This document shows positions 57,841 through 64,000 of a stretch of 64,000 nucleotides of DNA, piece after piece. Origin of the DNA: Acidimicrobiia bacterium (GTDB lineage Bacteria > Actinomycetota > Acidimicrobiia > IMCC26256 > PALSA-610); NCBI GenBank assembly GCA_038213435.1, contig JBBQTI010000001.1:56295-120294 (forward strand), read 5' to 3'. The notes beneath the pieces were generated by a model that searched no databases, was not told the origin of the DNA, and worked only from the letters and a program-made list of their open reading frames with translations. Each line of letters starts with the position of its first letter. The first letter of the stretch is position 1. A program made the position numbers and the translations under genes.

Positions 57841-58287
57841 GTGACGGTCGACCACGGCATCACGCACGTCGCCCTGCCGGTGAACGACCTCTCGGCGAGC
57901 CTGGATTTCTACGGGCGGTACGCGCGCATGCAGGTGGTGCACCGCCGGACCGACGCCGACTCCGGTACGTCCGTGGCCTGGATCAGCGATCTGACCAGAC
58001 CGTTCGTCCTCGTGCTCATCGAGGTGCCGGCGCTCGACGCGAAACCGGACGGCGGCCTCGGTGGGGCGTACTGCCACATCGGGTTGGGAGTCGCGAACCG
58101 TGAGGAGGTCGACGACCTGTGCCGCGGCGCCCGCGCCGAGCAGCGCACGGTTCTCGGACCGACCGACTCCGGGCCGCCGGTCGGTTACTGGGCGTACATC
58201 GTTGACCCCGACGGCCACAACCTCGAGATCTCCTTCGGTCAAGAGGTCGGGCTCGCCGTCGGCGCCGCGACGACGTCTACCGCCTGA
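57841..58287 (+). CDS. VOC/glyoxalase-family protein
   Basis: GITHVALPVNDLSASLDFY, HIGLGV, YIVDPDGHNLEIS. Confidence 0.9.
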   Translation: MTVDHGITHVALPVNDLSASLDFYGRYARMQVVHRRTDADSGTSVAWISDLTRPFVLVLIEVPALDAKPDGGLGGAYCHIGLGVANREEVDDLCRGARAEQRTVLGPTDSGPPVGYWAYIVDPDGHNLEISFGQEVGLAVGAATTSTA

Positions 58288-58312
58288 GCATCGGCACGGA
58301 AAGGACGGACGG

Positions 58313-59248
58313 GTGATCGATCTTCGGGAACGGGTCGCGGTCGTCACCGGCGCCGGTCGCGGCATCGGCCGCGCGCACGCGACGCGACTCGCGGCCTACG
58401 GCGCGCGGGTGGTCGTGAACGACGCGGGCGTCGCGACCGACGGAACCGCGACCGACGACGATCCGGCCGCCGACGTCGCGCGCGCGATCGCGGAGGCGGG
58501 CGGCGAAGCCGTCGCCCACCGCGGTGACATCGGTGACTCGGCGGTCGGTGATGCCCTCGTCGAACGCGCGCTCGACACATGGGGCCGGCTCGACGTCGTG
58601 ATCAACAACGCGGGGTTCGGGCGTCCCCGGATGGTGTTCAACTTGCGCGACGAGGAATGGGACGACGTGATCCGCGTGCACCTGCGCGGCACGTTCGTCG
58701 TGTCGCGTCCGGCATGTCGCTACTGGCGCGCGCAGGCGAAGGAGCACGGGACCACCTACGGGCGCCTGATCAATACCGCGACCGGGCTGCTCGTGTACGG
58801 CGGAGCCGGGCAGTCGAACTACGTCGCGGCCAAAGCGGGCGTGCAGGCCTTCACCGAAGCCCTCGCGACCGAGATGGCGCCCTACGGCGTCACCGCGAAC
58901 ACGATCATGCCCGGCGCGAACACGCGGCTCGCGCAGATCGGCTGGCGCATGGGAGCGGCCCCGAAGCCGACCGAATGGGAGGCGCAGCTCGACCCGCGCG
59001 ATCCCGTACACGTGGGCGAGTTCGGCGCGTACCTTGCGTCACCCGACGCGGGCTGGATCTCCAGTCAGACGTTCCAGGTGCGCGGCGGCATCGTCGAGCA
59101 CATCGACACGTGGTCGGTGCGCGATACCGCGCATGCCGCCGCGGGTCGGGGCTTCACTGCGGACGAGTACCGCCAAGAGATCCCGCGACTGTTCGGCTCC
59201 GCCGCGAAACGCGCCGACCCGCCGCCGCCCGGATGGAAGGCGAAATAA
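58313..59248 (+). CDS. Short-chain dehydrogenase/reductase
   Basis: VVTGAGRGIG, VVVND, INNAG, NYVAAKAG (YxxxK). Confidence 0.93.
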   Translation: MIDLRERVAVVTGAGRGIGRAHATRLAAYGARVVVNDAGVATDGTATDDDPAADVARAIAEAGGEAVAHRGDIGDSAVGDALVERALDTWGRLDVVINNAGFGRPRMVFNLRDEEWDDVIRVHLRGTFVVSRPACRYWRAQAKEHGTTYGRLINTATGLLVYGGAGQSNYVAAKAGVQAFTEALATEMAPYGVTANTIMPGANTRLAQIGWRMGAAPKPTEWEAQLDPRDPVHVGEFGAYLASPDAGWISSQTFQVRGGIVEHIDTWSVRDTAHAAAGRGFTADEYRQEIPRLFGSAAKRADPPPPGWKAK

Positions 59249-59267
59249 CGGGTTGCGAACCGAAGGC

Positions 59268-59453
59268 TCAGTCGGACTTTGATTTGTCCGACTGCTTCGA
59301 GTCGGCGTCCTGGCCTTCTTCCAGGCCCTTCTTGAACTCCCGCTGTGCGGAACCGAGACCACGCGCGAGTTTCGGCAGCTGAGAACCACCAAACATGACG
59401 AGAATGACGGCGAGCACGATGAGGAGTTCGGGGCCCTCAAGAAATGCGAGCAT
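59268..59453 (-). CDS. tatA: Twin-arginine translocase TatA/E subunit
   Basis: GPELLIVLAVILVMFGGSQLPKLARGLGSAQREFKKG. Confidence 0.93.
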   Translation of the reverse strand: MLAFLEGPELLIVLAVILVMFGGSQLPKLARGLGSAQREFKKGLEEGQDADSKQSDKSKSD

Positions 59454-59481
59454 GAAGAAAGTGTACTCACCCCGCGGATCG

Positions 59482-59504
59482 GATGCGCTGCGACGCAGCG
59501 CATC
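59482..59504. repeat. Perfect palindrome upstream of tatA
   Basis: GATGCGCTGCG-A-CGCAGCGCATC (11-bp arms). Confidence 0.85.
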
Positions 59505-59617
59505 GGAGTCGGATCTACCGGAGCAACACCCATGCACCGCCGGTGCCGCCGCAAGGCTGCAGACGCGTGCTTCCTCCGTAGCGCTCGAAATGGCGATGGC
59601 GCGACGAGTGAAGGCGC

Positions 59618-59899
59618 CTAGCCGAACGTGTTACCACCGCTGCACGCGAGGTCGACCTTGCCCCTGAACGATCCGAACCACAAGATCCCGGCGACGATCC
59701 CCACGATTCCGCACGCGAGCAATCCCACAACAGGCAAAACGATCCACAGCGTCTTGTTGGTCCCCGCACGGTCGAATGCCCAATCGGGCCGCCCCGCTGC
59801 GTCGATCGCAGCCCAGATAGGCAACACAACCACGGGGGACAGCGCGAGGAGCACGGCGAGCACGATTGGGAGCTCGGGGCCGAAAATCTCGCCGGTCAT
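59618..59899 (-). CDS. Small membrane protein, DUF2516-like
   Basis: WAAIDAAGRPDWAFDRAGTNKTLWIVL; two hydrophobic segments. Confidence 0.7.
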   Translation of the reverse strand: MTGEIFGPELPIVLAVLLALSPVVVLPIWAAIDAAGRPDWAFDRAGTNKTLWIVLPVVGLLACGIVGIVAGILWFGSFRGKVDLACSGGNTFG

Positions 59900-59938
59900 C
59901 CCGAGCACGCCAACCACAGCCCGGACAGGTGACTGTCT

Positions 59939-61219
59939 TTACCGCCGCGTCAGACGCTGCCACGTGGCTAGGTCGCGGTCGTCGGCCGGTCGCCCCACCC
60001 TCGTAACCCGGTCGACGTCGGGCGCTTCGGCCCGCAGCGCCCCGGCGGTGCAACGCTCGGGCGGGCGGAAGGCGAACGGGTCGAACTGGTAATGGCGCAT
60101 CGCGTTGCCATGGGTGATGGCGGCAACGACCTGCTCGTCGAGCCCGGTGAACAGCTCGGCGCAGCGCTCGGGGGCGTCGGGCCACGAGCTGTCGGAGTGC
60201 GGAAAGTCACTCTCCCAACAGACATTGTCGACGTTGAGCTCGTCGAGCAGCTTCATACCGATCCGATCCGTTATGAAGCAGCACAGGATCCGCTCGCGGA
60301 AGAGCTCCGTCGGTGAAAGTCCCTGAGGACGTTCGTGACGCATCCACCCGTTGTGGCGATCCAGGGTGTGCTCGGCCCGCCACAAGAAGTAGGGGATCCA
60401 CCCGATGTCGCCTTCCGCCAGCGCAAAGCGCAGCTGCGGGAACCGATGCCAGAACGACGCCCACAACAGGTCGCCGAGCGTGTAGATCGCCATCACCGAC
60501 GACAGGTTCATCGGCACCGGCGCGGGTGCGTCGGGCGAAGTCGATGCACTCTTCGACGACGACCCGACGTGACAGCACAGCACCGTTTCGGTCGCGCAGC
60601 ACGCGGCGAACAGCGGATCCCACTCGTCGGTGTGGATGCTCGGCATGCCGAGGCCGGCGGGGTTTTCCGAGAACGTAACCGCGTGACAACCCTTCGCCGC
60701 GAGCCGGTGAACCTCACGGGCCGCTTCGCGCACGTCGAAGAGCGGAAGGATCCCGCACGGAATGAATCGCTCGGGATACGCCGCGCACCACTCGTCGACG
60801 TGCCAGTCGTTGTAGGCCTTGATCATCACGAGGTTGACGTCGCGATCAGGCCCCTGGTTCAGCACCTGCCCGGAGAAGCCGGTCCAGTTGGGAAAATTCA
60901 GGCCTGCGAGCTGTCCACCCGCCGACATGTCGCGCACGCGCTCGTGCACGTCGTAGCAACCCGGACGCATGTGCTCGTACCGCAGCGGATCGACGTTGAA
61001 GTACTCGGGCGACTTGCCCGCGACGGCGTTGAGCCCGAGGTTCCGTCCGCGGATGTCGCCGAAGTACCACTGTTGCGAGCCGTCGACCTCGTCGACCACG
61101 CGCGGGGCGCGATCGCGATAACGATCGGGGACGTGCGCGTCGAACATTCCGGCCGGCTCGCAGATGTGGTCGTCGACCGAGACCAGAATCAGGTCCTCGG
61201 GCAATACGGGCGAGGTCAC
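59939..61219 (-). CDS. Amidohydrolase-2 family protein
   Basis: SVDDHICEP, RPGCYD..ERVRDM, AYNDWHVDEWC, HVGSSS, EGDIGWIP, CWESDFPHSDS; GTGA overlap. Confidence 0.92.
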   Translation of the reverse strand: MTSPVLPEDLILVSVDDHICEPAGMFDAHVPDRYRDRAPRVVDEVDGSQQWYFGDIRGRNLGLNAVAGKSPEYFNVDPLRYEHMRPGCYDVHERVRDMSAGGQLAGLNFPNWTGFSGQVLNQGPDRDVNLVMIKAYNDWHVDEWCAAYPERFIPCGILPLFDVREAAREVHRLAAKGCHAVTFSENPAGLGMPSIHTDEWDPLFAACCATETVLCCHVGSSSKSASTSPDAPAPVPMNLSSVMAIYTLGDLLWASFWHRFPQLRFALAEGDIGWIPYFLWRAEHTLDRHNGWMRHERPQGLSPTELFRERILCCFITDRIGMKLLDELNVDNVCWESDFPHSDSSWPDAPERCAELFTGLDEQVVAAITHGNAMRHYQFDPFAFRPPERCTAGALRAEAPDVDRVTRVGRPADDRDLATWQRLTRR

Positions 61220-61944
61220 GTCGCGACACTCCCGACCAGGTCGACAAGCAGCTCCACGAACAGCGAGCGCTCGCCGTCGTCGAGCACGGCGAGATGCCGG
61301 CCGAACATGCGGTCGGTGCGGGCCTCGGCGAGCGCCCAACGGTCGCGGAGCGGCTTCGGATCGGGATGGGGCTCGGGCCAGCCGAAGACCGGGAGCATGG
61401 CGGGTGTCCGGACGACGATCGCCTCCACCGGCGCGAGGCCGACGGTGAGCACCGCGGCCCCGTGGAGGGCGCCGCGCAGCTCGCGCAGGGCGTTCATGCG
61501 GTGCAGCGCGAGCGCCTTCGGCTCTTCGGGTTCGTCGAGCGCGCGCCAGCCCGCGAACAGCGGTGCGCCCGCGACCGGCGCTGCGCTCACGACACGACCG
61601 AGCAGCCCCGCGACCGTTTGCCAGTCGACGTCGTCGGAAAGGTGCGTCGCGGCCCACGCGTGCGCGACCCCGGCCCACTCGCGTGCGGCGCGCGCGCGCG
61701 ACATGATCGGCGCGGATCTCGCCCAGGCCGCGCGCACGATCTCGGGCGCGAAGAACACGAACGCGGCGACGACCACGTCGGCGTGCGTGTCCCCCAACAC
61801 TCCGCCGCGGCCGGCCGCGTAGAAGTCGGCGCCTTCGAATCCCAGCTCCGCGCCGCGTACATAGGTCGCGGCGTCGATCATGAAGCCGCTCGGGACGCGA
61901 ACGATCGCCTCCCGAGCGTCGTGCGCGGCCTGTTCGGGCGTCAT
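61216..61944 (-). CDS. SCO6745-family-like hypothetical protein
   Basis: FYAAGRGGVLG, AAFVFFAPEIV..AW, PLFAGWRAL, LRELRGALH, AEARTD. Confidence 0.7.
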   Translation of the reverse strand: MTPEQAAHDAREAIVRVPSGFMIDAATYVRGAELGFEGADFYAAGRGGVLGDTHADVVVAAFVFFAPEIVRAAWARSAPIMSRARAAREWAGVAHAWAATHLSDDVDWQTVAGLLGRVVSAAPVAGAPLFAGWRALDEPEEPKALALHRMNALRELRGALHGAAVLTVGLAPVEAIVVRTPAMLPVFGWPEPHPDPKPLRDRWALAEARTDRMFGRHLAVLDDGERSLFVELLVDLVGSVAT

Positions 61945-62231
61945 ACGCGGAAGTATGGGTTCCGCGGCTCGCCGGCGTCGAGCACAGTGCGGATCGAAGG
62001 GAGGTCATCACGCCCGGCGGTGAGGGCGGCGAGCATCGCCTGCGCGTTGAGGTACACCGTCCCGAGCCCCCCGCTGCGATGCGCGAGGGGGGCGACGCGG
62101 CGCGCGTCTTCGACGAACATCCCGAGCGCCCCGGGACGGACGAATCCGGGAAGCTCACAGGCGCCGACGTCGCGCATCTGCGCGCGTCCATGGTCGACTG
62201 TCGACCAATCGAGATCGACGACGTCGTGCAC
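61941..62231 (-). CDS. 96-aa protein resembling fused N- and C-termini of a 2OG-Fe(II) oxygenase-like protein (possible internal-deletion remnant)
   Basis: VVDLD...GACELPGFVRPGAL..VEDARRVAPLAH..TVYL joined to DAGEPRNPYFR; own -10 element and ATGA overlap with the next gene. Confidence 0.5.
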   Translation of the reverse strand: MHDVVDLDWSTVDHGRAQMRDVGACELPGFVRPGALGMFVEDARRVAPLAHRSGGLGTVYLNAQAMLAALTAGRDDLPSIRTVLDAGEPRNPYFRV

Positions 62232-62272
62232 GGCCCGAGTGTACGCGCCATCTCGGCCGGTAGGCTGGGGCC

Positions 62273-63460
62273 GTGAGCGAGCTTCCGTACGCCGCGTTCG
62301 ACGCCGACAACCACTACTACGAAGCCCTCGACGCGTTCACCCGCCACGTCGATCCCAAGATGCAGCCGCGCTGCGTGCAGTGGTGCGAGATCGACGGGCG
62401 CAAGTATCACGTGGTGGGCGGGATCGTCAGCCACGCGGTCGTGAACCCGACCTTCGACCCCGTCGCCAAGGCGGGCGCGATGCACGACTACTTCCGCGGC
62501 AACCCCGACAAGTTGCAGCCGTACGAGTTCCTGCGCGAGCGCGAACGGATCCCCGCGGAATACCGCAACCGCGACGCCCGGATCGCGAAGCTCGACGAGT
62601 TCGGTCTGGAAGCGGTGTGGCTGTTCCCGACCCTCGGCGTCCTCTACGAAGAGCTCATCAAGCACGACATCGAAGCCGTGACCACACTCTTCAGCGGGTT
62701 CAACCGTTGGCTCGACGACGATTGGGGCTTCGAATACCAGGGTCGCGTGTTCGCGTCGCCGTACATCACGCTCGCCGACCTCGACTGGGCGATCCGCGAG
62801 CTCGAGTGGGCGCTCGAGCACGGCGCCCGTACGGTCGTGATGCGTCCGGCGGCGCCGCACACCCGCGACGGGCAGGTTCCCGTGAGCGACCCGCGCAACG
62901 ACCCGTTCTGGGCGCGCGTCGACGAGGCCGGCATCACCGTGGTCGCGCACGCCGGCGACAGCGGCTACTCGAGCAACGGCTACGCGGTCGACGGGTTCGC
63001 GGCGGGGTTCAGCGGCGGCGGCCGGTGGGCGCCGTCTGTAAAGGCTTTCCACATCGAGCGCGCCGCGTACGACTTCCTGGTCACGCTCGTCTTCGACAAG
63101 CTGTTCGAGCGGTTTCCGAACGTGCGCATCGCGTCGGTCGAGAACGGTGCCGAGTTCCTCGGCGACCTGTTCCACAAGCTGCGGTCGACCGAGCACAAGA
63201 TGTCCGGCTACTTCAGCGGAGACCCGGTCGAGGCATTCACGCGCAACGTGTGGATCAACCCGTTCTGGGAAGACGACGTCAACACCGTCGTCGAGCACAT
63301 GGGCGCCGATCGGGTGATCTTCGGATCCGACTGGCCGCACATCGAAGGCATGCCGAGGCCGCTCGACTACGCCGTCGAAGTCAAGCAGTTCGACGACGCG
63401 ACCCAGCGACGCATCATGCGCGACAACGCGCGCGAGCTGACGACCCGTAAACCTGCTTGA
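62273..63460 (+). CDS. Amidohydrolase-2 family protein
   Basis: FDADNHYYE, LFPTLG, FNRWL.DDWG, AHAGDSGY, VENGAE, IFGSDWPHIEG. Confidence 0.92.
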   Translation: MSELPYAAFDADNHYYEALDAFTRHVDPKMQPRCVQWCEIDGRKYHVVGGIVSHAVVNPTFDPVAKAGAMHDYFRGNPDKLQPYEFLRERERIPAEYRNRDARIAKLDEFGLEAVWLFPTLGVLYEELIKHDIEAVTTLFSGFNRWLDDDWGFEYQGRVFASPYITLADLDWAIRELEWALEHGARTVVMRPAAPHTRDGQVPVSDPRNDPFWARVDEAGITVVAHAGDSGYSSNGYAVDGFAAGFSGGGRWAPSVKAFHIERAAYDFLVTLVFDKLFERFPNVRIASVENGAEFLGDLFHKLRSTEHKMSGYFSGDPVEAFTRNVWINPFWEDDVNTVVEHMGADRVIFGSDWPHIEGMPRPLDYAVEVKQFDDATQRRIMRDNARELTTRKPA

Positions 63461-63466
63461 AGGCGG

Positions 63467-64000
63467 CTAAACCGTCCCGAGCGTCTGCGCGACGGGCCCC
63501 TTCGCGGCCCGGCGAGCCGGCCACCACGCGATCGCGTTGGTGAGCAGGAATGTCCCCACCAGCGCGATCACCATCGGGATCCACGGCCACGCGATGTCGT
63601 TCCCGACTCCGTAGGCGTCGGCGATACGCGTCCACACCATCCGGCCGAGCAGGATTCCGAGCGGCGCGCCGACGACCGTTCCCGCGATCGCGAGCATCGT
63701 TGCCTGCCACGCCACGATGCGATGTGTCTGCCGGGGCGTGCACCCGAGCGCGCGCAGAACCGCCAGGTCGCGGCCGCGACGTCGCACGGAGAGCACGATC
63801 AGATGCCCGACCGCGAGTAGCGCGATCGCGATCAGGAACCCGGCCAACACCCACGGCAGGCGGTCGAGCTGGCTGAGCTGCTGGATCTCGGCGTGGTCGA
63901 CCGGACCGCCGGGCAGTTCGCCGTTGTTCAACTTGCTCAGCCGCTGCATCGCGGCCGCGCGGTCGGCACCCGGACGCAAGGTCACCGCGAACTGTGAATC
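63467..64000 (-). CDS. FtsX-like ABC transporter permease, C-terminal part (5' end beyond window)
   Basis: SVRRRGRDLAVLRALGCTPRQ..WQA..VGAPLGILLGR; frame remains open to the window edge. Confidence 0.88.
   Translation of the reverse strand, partial: DSQFAVTLRPGADRAAAMQRLSKLNNGELPGGPVDHAEIQQLSQLDRLPWVLAGFLIAIALLAVGHLIVLSVRRRGRDLAVLRALGCTPRQTHRIVAWQATMLAIAGTVVGAPLGILLGRMVWTRIADAYGVGNDIAWPWIPMVIALVGTFLLTNAIAWWPARRAAKGPVAQTLGTV

Noticed and set aside
59454-59617. Riboswitch upstream of tatA
   Set aside because: No recognisable aptamer consensus, and tatA appears leaderless.
59939-63340. 1133-aa ORF, and other very long ORFs such as 7482-10517, 46054-48729 and 1149-3062
   Set aside because: These are antisense or off-frame shadows of real genes in stop-poor high-GC DNA; only sub-segments carry protein motifs.

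Overview
High-GC actinobacterial chromosome segment. Gene content and order (mreBCD-mrdA-rodA, short-type ValRS, Thr-rich lipoprotein, paired amidohydrolases) suggest Acidimicrobiia; this is inference. Most of the window is a minus-strand housekeeping backbone: clpP-clpX-tig, valS-folC-ndk, mreBCD-mrdA-rodA, a radical SAM pair, rne, rplU-rpmA, obgE-proB-proA, nadD-rsfS, leuS-comEA-comEC-folP2-holA, rpsT and lepA. A ~9.6 kb accessory block lies directly behind tRNA-Ala(GGC) (10508-10580). It carries an orphan IS21-type end, a degenerate tRNA-3'-like junction fused to a decayed HTH gene, redox/detox genes, an F420-type LLM enzyme, broken udgX and DUF72 genes, and a CYTH-CHAD protein. Further accessory patches are a GT-C/acyltransferase envelope cluster (48.7-53.4 kb) and a small-enzyme cluster with tatA (57.8-63.5 kb). 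Other observations: many apparently leaderless promoters, several accessory genes with internal deletions or frameshifts, a His-repeat tail on trigger factor, and a 30-nt TatA N-terminal segment shared with the neighbouring gene. I saw no CRISPR array, rRNA, intact transposase or integrase. All family calls come from motif recognition by eye, with no database searches.
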